Below are positions 1 to 7,967 of a stretch of DNA of 58,928 nt, in pieces; the stretch's first letter is position 1; each line of letters opens with the position of its first letter. Below the pieces are notes generated by a model. The model had not been told where the DNA came from. It searched no databases and saw only the letters and a list, made by a program, of their open reading frames with translations. The position numbers and the translations under genes were made by a program. The DNA is from an uncultured Elusimicrobiales bacterium (GTDB lineage Bacteria; Elusimicrobiota; Elusimicrobia; Elusimicrobiales; CAZFMJ01), in the NCBI GenBank assembly GCA_964520045.1, contig CAZFMJ010000007.1, forward strand, positions 1 to 58,928, read 5' to 3'.

Positions 1-1028
1 GCTCCCGAAAACGAGGCGCTTGCGATTTTAATATCAGAACAGCCTGAAATACCGGCATATTCAAATATGGTGTCTTTGCCGCTTCCTATCAACTGCCTGC
101 CGGAGACGAAAATTTTTACCCTGCCGTAATTTCCGGGGCCGAGCTTTATCGTATCTCCGGGAGAAGATTTTAACAGGGCGGCTTCAAGGGTCTTGAAATC
201 GCCCCCGCCGTTTTTATCCACGGAAATGTTTTTCGGCGTATCGGAAAACATGAAAATATTAAGGGGCTGGGTCAGCGCGAAAAATCCGCCGTCGAGCAGG
301 CGCATTTTATAAAGTATTTTCTTTGAAAATTTTTTAAGTTCCCTGTACCTCAATATTTCCACCAAAACGGCGTCTCCCGACTTGCTTCTGCTTAAAATCG
401 CGTCTATGTCCCGTGTGGACATGGCGCGCGTCCGCATGCCGTTTATTTTGTCGATATACCATTGTATGCCGGAAGACGAATCCTTTACATAATATTTATA
501 AAGCGGATTTTCCGCGTCCATATGGGCGACAAGAGGCATATCCGCCGGCGGTTCCCGGCGTTTTGAGCTTTCGCTCGTAAGCCGTTGGTCAGACAGCGCA
601 TTAACGCCTATTTTAGGCGCGCCCGCCGTAAGCGGCACATATGCGCTTCTTACCGCGCCCTCTCCCCAGATTTCCAGATGCATGGTAGTTCCGGCGGGCA
701 GTCCCCGTATCTGTTCAATGCCCGAGCATTCTTTGCCGTTTATTTTCGTAAGGATTTCACCCGGCAGAAATAAGGCATTGGTAAAGGCTGTTTTTTCGTC
801 AACACCGTAAATGAGACAGCCCCGCGCCTCAGCCGGTATTTTAAGGTCCTCTCTTATTTCCGGAGTAATGGCTATTAATTCAAAAGGAATATGCCCGGGC
901 AGGAAAATATTTTTTTGTTTGTTTATAACCGACACCCTCGGAACCTTTCGGAAAATATTTAAAACGGAGCACCCGGAAAAAACCGCCGGTATTAAGATGA
1001 TAACCGCAATTCTTTTAAATATGTTCAT
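1..1028 (-). CDS. Secreted/lipoprotein with PDZ-like domain; C-terminus lies outside the window
   Basis: Not in the ORF track because it has no in-window stop. My reverse translation from ATG (1028-1026) gives MNIFKRIAVIILIPAVFSGCSVLNIFRKVPRVSVINKQKNIFLPGHIPFELIAITPEIREDLKIPAEARGCLIYGVDEKTAFTNALFLPGEILTKINGKECSG... It has a signal peptide with Cys (FSGC) and a PDZ-like segment, GEILTKINGKE. Confidence 0.6.
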   Translation of the reverse strand, partial: MNIFKRIAVIILIPAVFSGCSVLNIFRKVPRVSVINKQKNIFLPGHIPFELIAITPEIREDLKIPAEARGCLIYGVDEKTAFTNALFLPGEILTKINGKECSGIEQIRGLPAGTTMHLEIWGEGAVRSAYVPLTAGAPKIGVNALSDQRLTSESSKRREPPADMPLVAHMDAENPLYKYYVKDSSSGIQWYIDKINGMRTRAMSTRDIDAILSRSKSGDAVLVEILRYRELKKFSKKILYKMRLLDGGFFALTQPLNIFMFSDTPKNISVDKNGGGDFKTLEAALLKSSPGDTIKLGPGNYGRVKIFVSGRQLIGSGKDTIFEYAGISGCSDIKIASASFSG

Positions 1029-1118
1029 ATTCTTTCTCCTTTGGGTTCCTTCCCGCGTAAGCGGGAAGGAACAGTTGCCCAGCGGCCCAGACACCCAGAA
1101 ACACAGCCTCTTCTGTTC

Positions 1119-4100
1119 CTATTTAAATGAAAGAACGGATTCAAGCAGGCTTAGGGGGTCTTCGAAAATTCCGTTTATCCTGAAGCCGTCGCCGAGTTTT
1201 GAAGGCAGGAAGACGATATTGTCTTTGAACCGTTCGTTCCATGCCGTTACGGCCGACGGGGGGATAACCGCTCCCTGCCCGAAAAAAATTTCAATGCCCT
1301 GCTCCGTCTGGTTTACAAGTCTTATTCCCATAGAGGCGCATTTTTTTCTGGTCTCGATAAGGCGCGCCGTATTCTTCAGCGGCTGGGGCGCCGGTCCGCA
1401 GAGGTCTTCGATCTCCGCAAGTATGCTTTTAAGCCCCGAGGCGTCCGCATTGAGGAATTTTTTGTAATAATTGAGCCGTTCCTGTTCGTCGGGAAGATAC
1501 TGCTCCGGTATGAAAGCCGGAATTTTCAGGTCGACGGCGGTTTCCGGCTCCATGGTCCGGGCGGTTTTTCCCTTAAGCCTGTCTATTTCTTCGGCCAGAA
1601 GCTCGCAGTACATGCTTAAGCCCACTTCCGCAAGAAAGCCGTGCTGGCGCACTCCCAGAAGTTCGCCCGCCCCGCGTATTTCCATGTCGCGCATGGCCAG
1701 TCTGAACCCGGAGCCTAATTCTCCGAATTCCTGAAGCGCCGACAGTCTTTTCACCGCGTTTTCGGACATTTTCCTGGTTTTATCGGTTTCTTCCGCATCG
1801 GGATCGATCCATTCGTCATCTCTTAAGCTCCGCCTTTTCCTTTGACCGCGTTCCGGATGTCCGCCGTCCTTCTTAAGCCATGGGGGATAAAAAAGCCAGC
1901 AGTAGGCTTTCTGCTTTTCCCGTCCTATTCTTCCCCTCAGCTGATAAAGCTGGGCAAGGCCGAATTCATGGGCATTTTCTATTATAATGGTGTTTACCGA
2001 AGGTATGTCCAGCCCCGATTCTATTATTGTGGAAGCAAGGAGCACATCGTATTTTTTGCCGAAAAAATCCCACATCGCGTTTTCAAGTCTGCCGGATTCC
2101 ATCTGTCCGTGCGCCATCACGAATTTAACTTCAGGCATGGCGCGCGAAAGGAACGCCAGCCTTGCGGGCAGAGTCCTGACCCTGTTGTGCACGTAATATA
2201 CCTGTCCGCCGCGCTCAAGCTCCGCGCGCACCGCGGATACGGCGGTATCCTCGTTCCACGGCATTACAAAAGTTGAAATCGGAAGCCTGCCCGATGGGGG
2301 GCTTTCAATAACGGACATATCCCGCAGGTTTGACAGGGTTTGATAGAGAGTGCGGGGAATCGGGGTGGCCGAAAGCAGAAGCATGTGCACGTCTTTTGCC
2401 AGTATTTTGAGCTTTTCCTTGTCTTTTACCCCGAAGCGGTGCTCTTCGTCCACTATGACAAGCCCTATATTTTTAAATTTTATATCCTTCTGGAGCAGGC
2501 GGTGGGTGCCGATAGCTATATCGGCGATCCCGGCTGAAATATTGTCTATGATCTTTTTCTGTTCGGATTTTGTCTGGAAGCGGGATAATACCGCGATATT
2601 AAGCGGAAAGCCGGAAAATCTTTCGGTGAATGTCCTGTGGTGCTGGTCGGCTAGTATGGTGGTGGGGACAAGCACCGCCGTTTGTTTTCCTCCTAAGGCG
2701 CATCTTAAAGCCGCCCGCATGGCCACTTCCGTCTTTCCGAATCCCACGTCGCCCACCACGATTCTCTCCATCGGTTTGGAGGCGGACATGTCTTTGAGCA
2801 CATTTTCAATGGCGTTTTTCTGGTCGGGAGTTTCTTCGTAGGGAAAGGAATCTGCGAATTCATTTTCAATATGGCTTTCGCCGGACAGGGCGGGCCCTTT
2901 TGAAAGGGCGCGTTCGGCTTCAATCCGGAGAAGCTCTTTTGCCACATTCTCGATTCCGGAGCGCACCCTGCCTTTTATCTGCGACCAGCCTTTGGTGTCC
3001 ATTTTAGACAGGCGCGGAGCCTTTCCTTCCGAGCCTATGTATTTCTGGACTTTTTTAAATTCATACAGCGGAACAAAAAGCTTGTCCCCTCCTTTATACT
3101 CAATATGCAGGCAGTCGGTTTCTTCGCAGGCGCTTGGGATGTCCGAACCCGAGATAACCGACATGTGGCTGATGAAATCCGATTCCGGGGATACCTTTTT
3201 TAAGCCCTGATACCTTCCGATGCCGTAATCTTCATGCACCACATAGTCGCCGTTTTTGAGATCGTTCCAGCGGTAGCGTTTTGCCCCCGAGTCGCGGTAT
3301 TTCCAAAAGGAGGCGCGTTTGTAGCTTCGGCCCAGTATTTCGCCGGATGCGATAACCGCAAGTTTTGTTTCCGCGCTGTAAAACCCCTGCGCGATTCTTC
3401 CGATTGCGAATTCGCATATGTTCGTGATTTTTGCGCCGTCAAAGAGCTCTATAAGCCGTTCTTCTTCTCCCGTGTTAAGGCAGAAAATTATTATTCTGAA
3501 CCCTTTTTCCTTCAACCGCAGAGCTTCTTTTTCCAAGAGGGAAACATCGGCGTTAAACCGTATGTTCGAGCAGATTTTACTGTCAAGAGTTTGTTCCGAA
3601 TCCGGGCTTATCGCGGTTATGAATGAGAAGCCGTCGGGCAGCGGCCCAGTCAGAACAGAGGGTTGCAAGTCACTAGTCACCATGTCACCAGTCGGGGGAA
3701 AGTCACCAGATACAGGATTAGTCACCAAGTCACCAGTCAGGGGAAAGTCACCAGACACGGAATTAGTCACCAAGTCACCAGTTACAGAGTCACTAGACGA
3801 TAAAGAGTCACCAGTTGCCAGTCTCCGGTCTTTAGTTTGACTTGTTTTTTTGTTCTGTCTGGTGACATGGGCCGCTGGTGACTGGTGACTTCTGAATTGC
3901 TGTCCAGCTGTCCCGTCGTCCCGCTGGCTGGTGTCGTCGTTTGCAAGGAAGGAGAAGGAGCCGTCAAGCCAATCTCTAAGCGAGGCTTCGCCCTTTTTCA
4001 TCTTTGCCGGTAAAATCGTCACATCATGGACCGGCAGGTCTGTGCGCTGTGTCGGTATGTCGAAGATGCGTCCGCTTTCAAATACGTCTCCCGAAAAAAA

Positions 4101-4613
4101 TAGCCTTACCGGCTTCATCGGTTCAAGGCAGAAAATATCGATTATGGAACCCCGCACGGCATACTCGCCGGGGCTTTCCACAAAATCGGAACGCTCGTAG
4201 CCGGCGTTTTCCAAAACCGACAGAAGACCGGCGCGTTTGTAAGCCGTGCCCGTGCGCAGGTCCATTTTAGCCTGAGCATATGTCTGCGGTGAAAAAATTT
4301 TTTCCCGCAGGCTGGCATAAGTGGCCAGAATTATAAATTTGTCCGCGTCTTTATTGTTAAGCAGGCGGTCGAGAGTGATGGAGCGGGACCATTGGTCTTC
4401 GCCGAAAACAAGGGTTTCTATCCCTTTTGCCTCCGGCAGAACCTTTATCATGGAATCCAGAGAATCCTGAAAGTCGGAAATAAATTCTTCCCGCTGCGCC
4501 GCAAAAAGCAGATTTCTCCCGTTTTCATAAACAAACCGGACCGAGAAATAAGCCTTTGCGCCTATCGTAGGCAGTCCGCAGATATATTTTGGAAGAGAAG
4601 GATCATCAGGCAT
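1119..4613 (-). CDS. mfd: Transcription-repair coupling factor Mfd, carrying a repeat-derived in-frame insert
   Basis: 1164-aa ORF. Motifs: DYVVHEDYGIGRY (CarD/RID-like), VGDVGFGKTEVA (Walker A), VIVDEEHRFGV (DEEH box), SATPIPRT, QLYQLRGRIGR. Confidence 0.93.
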   Translation of the reverse strand: MPDDPSLPKYICGLPTIGAKAYFSVRFVYENGRNLLFAAQREEFISDFQDSLDSMIKVLPEAKGIETLVFGEDQWSRSITLDRLLNNKDADKFIILATYASLREKIFSPQTYAQAKMDLRTGTAYKRAGLLSVLENAGYERSDFVESPGEYAVRGSIIDIFCLEPMKPVRLFFSGDVFESGRIFDIPTQRTDLPVHDVTILPAKMKKGEASLRDWLDGSFSFLANDDTSQRDDGTAGQQFRSHQSPAAHVTRQNKKTSQTKDRRLATGDSLSSSDSVTGDLVTNSVSGDFPLTGDLVTNPVSGDFPPTGDMVTSDLQPSVLTGPLPDGFSFITAISPDSEQTLDSKICSNIRFNADVSLLEKEALRLKEKGFRIIIFCLNTGEEERLIELFDGAKITNICEFAIGRIAQGFYSAETKLAVIASGEILGRSYKRASFWKYRDSGAKRYRWNDLKNGDYVVHEDYGIGRYQGLKKVSPESDFISHMSVISGSDIPSACEETDCLHIEYKGGDKLFVPLYEFKKVQKYIGSEGKAPRLSKMDTKGWSQIKGRVRSGIENVAKELLRIEAERALSKGPALSGESHIENEFADSFPYEETPDQKNAIENVLKDMSASKPMERIVVGDVGFGKTEVAMRAALRCALGGKQTAVLVPTTILADQHHRTFTERFSGFPLNIAVLSRFQTKSEQKKIIDNISAGIADIAIGTHRLLQKDIKFKNIGLVIVDEEHRFGVKDKEKLKILAKDVHMLLLSATPIPRTLYQTLSNLRDMSVIESPPSGRLPISTFVMPWNEDTAVSAVRAELERGGQVYYVHNRVRTLPARLAFLSRAMPEVKFVMAHGQMESGRLENAMWDFFGKKYDVLLASTIIESGLDIPSVNTIIIENAHEFGLAQLYQLRGRIGREKQKAYCWLFYPPWLKKDGGHPERGQRKRRSLRDDEWIDPDAEETDKTRKMSENAVKRLSALQEFGELGSGFRLAMRDMEIRGAGELLGVRQHGFLAEVGLSMYCELLAEEIDRLKGKTARTMEPETAVDLKIPAFIPEQYLPDEQERLNYYKKFLNADASGLKSILAEIEDLCGPAPQPLKNTARLIETRKKCASMGIRLVNQTEQGIEIFFGQGAVIPPSAVTAWNERFKDNIVFLPSKLGDGFRINGIFEDPLSLLESVLSFK
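3660..3940. repeat. GTCACCA/GGTGAC plus CTGGAC short-period repeat block inside the mfd CDS
   Basis: GTCACCAGT/GTCACCAAGTCACCAG units at 3667-3815, a spacer, then inverted GGTGACATGGGCCGCTGGTGACTGGTGAC (3861-3890) and GTCCAGCTGTCCCGTCGTCCCGCTGG. This is the same vocabulary as the intergenic arrays at 9822-9839, 38021-38139 and 53030-53100. Confidence 0.85.
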
Positions 4614-4708
4614 ATTTAATTTATATTGTATATTTTATAAAAGCATATGGGTTTGTCCAAATGATATAATTTATATTCAAAATCAGACAGAATGCGGATG
4701 TATGTGAT

Positions 4709-5230
4709 GAACGTGGATAATTACCAACATTCGAAAAAAAACGAAGACTAACCGCAAAGAACGCAAAGTAAACGCAAAGGACACGGAGTGAATCCGATGG
4801 AGATGACGGAAAACGCATTGTCCAACCAAGTCATTGGCATGGCGATGAAAGTACATTCCGCCCTTGGCCCAGGCTTATTGGAAAGCGCGTATAAAGAATG
4901 CTGCTACTATATACTCACAAAAAGCGGCCTATGTGTGGAGAAAGAAAAGCCCGTTCCGCTGGTGTTTGAGGATGTGAAACTTGATTGTGGCTATCGTATG
5001 GATCTCCTCGTAGAAAACCGGTTGGTGATTGAAGTTAAATCGGTGGAAGCGCTGACTGATGTTCATCTGGCGCAGGTATTGACCTATTTGAAAATCGGAA
5101 ATTATAAGCTTGGGTTATTGATGAATTTTAATGTTGTAAGACTGAAAGACGGAATAAAACGTGTTGTTAATGGTTTGTAACTTTTGCGTTCTTAGCGTAA
5201 ATACTTTGCGTTCTTTGCGGTTATTTTTTT
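4709..5230 (+). mobile_element. Intact GxxExxY gene cassette with 21-bp perfect terminal inverted repeats
   Basis: AACCGCAAAGAACGCAAAGTA at 4750-4770 and its exact reverse complement at 5202-5222. The upstream leader GATAATTACCAACATTCGAAAAAAAACGAAGAC is shared with the miniature copies. Confidence 0.55.
4788..5180 (+). CDS. GxxExxY family protein (PD-(D/E)XK nuclease-like)
   Basis: 130-aa ORF containing GPGLLESAYKEC (the GxxExxY motif) and a D...E.K-like core (YRMDLLVENRLVIEVKSV). The real start is probably ATG at 4797 or 4803. The gene is flanked by CGCAAAG-rich inverted repeats. Confidence 0.85.
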   Translation: MNPMEMTENALSNQVIGMAMKVHSALGPGLLESAYKECCYYILTKSGLCVEKEKPVPLVFEDVKLDCGYRMDLLVENRLVIEVKSVEALTDVHLAQVLTYLKIGNYKLGLLMNFNVVRLKDGIKRVVNGL

Positions 5231-5243
5231 TGATTTATCGCTT

Positions 5244-6356
5244 ATGGATAAATGGATTGAGATAAACCTTGGGGCGGTGCGCGGCAATGTGCGGAAAATA
5301 AAGGAAAAGCTTTCGCCGTCCGCTTTTTTAACGGCTGTGGTGAAAGCCGACGGCTACGGGCATGGGGCCGCGGAAATAGCCGGAGTCGCCGTTGAGGAAG
5401 GGGCATATGCTTTGGGAGTCTTCGGCATAGACGAGGCGGTCGCATTAAGAAATGCCGGAATAAAAGGCCTTATTTTTTTACTGCGTCCCCAGCTGCCGGG
5501 GGATGCCGCCGAAATAGTGAGGAACCGGCTCATTCCTGCGGCAGACTCCGTTGATTTTATCGCGGCTCTTAACAAAGCCGCGGGAAAATATTTTTACCGG
5601 AAATCATCCATGTCTTCCCGTTTTCCGCTTTATCCGTATCATCTGGACATCGACTTCGGGCTGGGAAGATGGGGGATAAATCCGTCCGAAACAAAGAATT
5701 TTTTATGCTCCGCCGGCAAATTCAGGAACGTACGGCTGGGCGGGGTGTCCACCCACCTTGACTATGTGCCTGGTAAAAATGCGGTGGAAGCCGAGGAAAA
5801 ACTTTTAAAATTTAAGCGCTGCTGCGGTACCGTCAAAAGTTTTTATCCGGATGCCGTGTGCCATGCGGCAAACAGCTCGATTTTTATGGATTTTCCGCAT
5901 TGGCATATGGATATGGCCAGAATAGGCAATCTGATGTACGGAATACATCCGGCCGCGGCTCACGGACAGCCGGTTAAAGCGGAACTGGCCGGATTTAAAA
6001 ACCCGTGGAAGTTTCGCGCGAAAATAATTTCCGTCAAAACGGTTTCAAAAGGGGTTTCGATCGGCTATGCAAGCGAATACATAGCTCCGAAAAGAATGAA
6101 AATAGCCGCCGTGGCGGCCGGATATTCCGACGGAATAACAATGGAGCCCGCCGAGAGGTTTATAAGACTCGGCGGGGCGTTCCAGTACTGGGGTATGATA
6201 CGGGGAAGACAGGCGCCTTTTATAGGCAGGTGCGCGATTTCGCATACGCTTTTGGACGTGACAAAAGTTCCCGGCGCTAAAGCGGGAGATATCGTTCAGC
6301 TTCCCCTGCGCAGAACCGCCGCAAGCCGGGGAATACCGAGGATTTATATACGGTAA
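5244..6356 (+). CDS. alr: Alanine racemase
   Basis: 370 aa. PLP-lysine motif VVKADGYGHG. The N-terminus, WIEINLGAVRGNVRKIK, is typical of Alr. Confidence 0.9.
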   Translation: MDKWIEINLGAVRGNVRKIKEKLSPSAFLTAVVKADGYGHGAAEIAGVAVEEGAYALGVFGIDEAVALRNAGIKGLIFLLRPQLPGDAAEIVRNRLIPAADSVDFIAALNKAAGKYFYRKSSMSSRFPLYPYHLDIDFGLGRWGINPSETKNFLCSAGKFRNVRLGGVSTHLDYVPGKNAVEAEEKLLKFKRCCGTVKSFYPDAVCHAANSSIFMDFPHWHMDMARIGNLMYGIHPAAAHGQPVKAELAGFKNPWKFRAKIISVKTVSKGVSIGYASEYIAPKRMKIAAVAAGYSDGITMEPAERFIRLGGAFQYWGMIRGRQAPFIGRCAISHTLLDVTKVPGAKAGDIVQLPLRRTAASRGIPRIYIR

Positions 6357-6378
6357 CGGCGAAGAAATTTTTACCGCA

Positions 6379-6451
6379 GACCCATTCCTTCCTCAAAGGC
6401 ATTGAGAATGGGTCAGTCCAAACTCATTGCTTCTGAGGAAGGTTTGGACAG
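6379..6451 (+). repeat. Double-hairpin REP/MITE-like element, copy 1
   Basis: CCCATTCCTTCC..TTGAGAATGGG (hairpin 1), then GTCCAAACTCA..GGTTTGGAC (hairpin 2). Confidence 0.85.
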
Positions 6452-6482
6452 AGACGCGGAGGGCGCAGAGAAGCAACTGAGC

Positions 6483-6562
6483 GGTAGATGGTGAAATAAA
6501 AACAGATATAAAATTTCTCTGCTTATTTTTTTCCGTCTACCGTTTACCGTCTTCCATCTCCC
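6483..6562. repeat. Composite heptamer unit (purine arm / AT-rich core / inverted arm)
   Basis: GGTAGATGGTGAA ... CCGTCTACCGTTTACCGTCTTCCATCTCCC. Period 7. Confidence 0.8.
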
Positions 6563-6596
6563 TTAATAATTACGGAGGAAGAGGAGTCAATACTTT

Positions 6597-7952
6597 ATGT
6601 CTTTGAGCCTTAAAACCAGATTTTTTCTTGCGGCGCTGTTTGCGGCCTGCCTTATGGCCGGCTACTCCGCGATCATACTGCGCGGAAATAACACGATGGA
6701 CAGCCTTCTTAAAGAGAATCTGCCCAGGAGCCTTTCGGTTCTTCATGCCGCGGTTGAATTAAAGCATGCCGTTGTGTTTTACGACGATCTTATTTTCCGC
6801 TATATCACCACTTCGGACGCCCTTCTTCTTGAGGAAAGCATAAGGGCGAGAGAAAAAGCCAACCGTTATATTTCCGACTTAAAAAAACTTGAGCCGGGTC
6901 CGGTGGTCACCGAACTTCTTGACGAGCTGGGACGCGAAAGCAATGCCTATTTCAATGACGCCCAGAAGCTTATTTCAGCGGCTCCCAGTTCGGCTGTTCC
7001 CAGCGAGAAAGAATCGATACTCAAGATGATAGAATGGGCGCGCTCCGTCCCGCGCCAGCAGACCGCTCTTTCGATTCTTTCTTCCTCGGGCAGGGCGCGG
7101 CTTACCCGTCTTTATTCGCTTTGCGACAGGCTGGGAGATTTAAGCAGGCAGAATATCCAAAATGTGCAGATGCAGGCGGAAAAAATGTCCAGGTCCGGAC
7201 GCGATATGGCCGTATGGGCCGGAGGGGCGGTGATAACGGGCGGGTTCGGCATAGCGGTCATTCTGGCTATTTCAGTGCTTGCCCCGTTAAGGGGCCTTTT
7301 GGGCGGAATAAAAAGGATTATCGACGGCGACCTTTCCTTTGAGATCCCGCCGAAAGGGGACGACGAGATAGGAAGGCTTACCAACGCCTTCAATACCATG
7401 ACGCGCAAGCTTAAAGAAAAGGAAGACCAGCTGGTAAGGGAGACTATAACCGACGCTTTGACGGGCGCTTATAATTTCAAGTATTTCCAGGAGGTTCTGA
7501 AAAGCGAGGTGGAGAGGGCGAAAAGATACAAGCGGCCTCTTTCCGTTCTGATGCTGGATATCGATCATTTTAAAAAATTCAACGACTCTCACGGCCATGA
7601 AATGGGCAATGTGCTTCTGAAAAATCTTGTGCTCATTTTAAAGGAAAATATCAGGCCTTCCGATGTTTTCGCGCGCTACGGCGGAGAGGAGTTTGTTGTA
7701 CTTCTTCCCGACACGGATTCGGCGCAGGGCAAAGGCGTGGCTGAAAGGATCAGAGCCGCGGCTTCAGGGAGCGAATTCCCCGGGCAGGAAACCCAGCCTG
7801 GCGGAGTCGTTACGGTTTCAATAGGCGGTTCGACTTCTCCCATTCCGCCTATTTCAGCCAAGGACATCGTGCAGAAAGCGGACAAAGCTCTTTATCAGGC
7901 CAAAAACGAAGGCAGAAACCGCGTAATCTGGGAAGGGACCCATGGAAAATAA
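6597..7952 (+). CDS. Membrane diguanylate cyclase (HAMP + GGDEF)
   Basis: N-terminal TM segment. HAMP-like DDEIGRLTNAFNTMTRKLKE. GGDEF domain: LDIDHFKKFNDSHGH and RYGGEEFVVLLPDT. Confidence 0.9.
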   Translation: MSLSLKTRFFLAALFAACLMAGYSAIILRGNNTMDSLLKENLPRSLSVLHAAVELKHAVVFYDDLIFRYITTSDALLLEESIRAREKANRYISDLKKLEPGPVVTELLDELGRESNAYFNDAQKLISAAPSSAVPSEKESILKMIEWARSVPRQQTALSILSSSGRARLTRLYSLCDRLGDLSRQNIQNVQMQAEKMSRSGRDMAVWAGGAVITGGFGIAVILAISVLAPLRGLLGGIKRIIDGDLSFEIPPKGDDEIGRLTNAFNTMTRKLKEKEDQLVRETITDALTGAYNFKYFQEVLKSEVERAKRYKRPLSVLMLDIDHFKKFNDSHGHEMGNVLLKNLVLILKENIRPSDVFARYGGEEFVVLLPDTDSAQGKGVAERIRAAASGSEFPGQETQPGGVVTVSIGGSTSPIPPISAKDIVQKADKALYQAKNEGRNRVIWEGTHGK

Positions 7953-7967
7953 CGGAAAAGGAATAAT

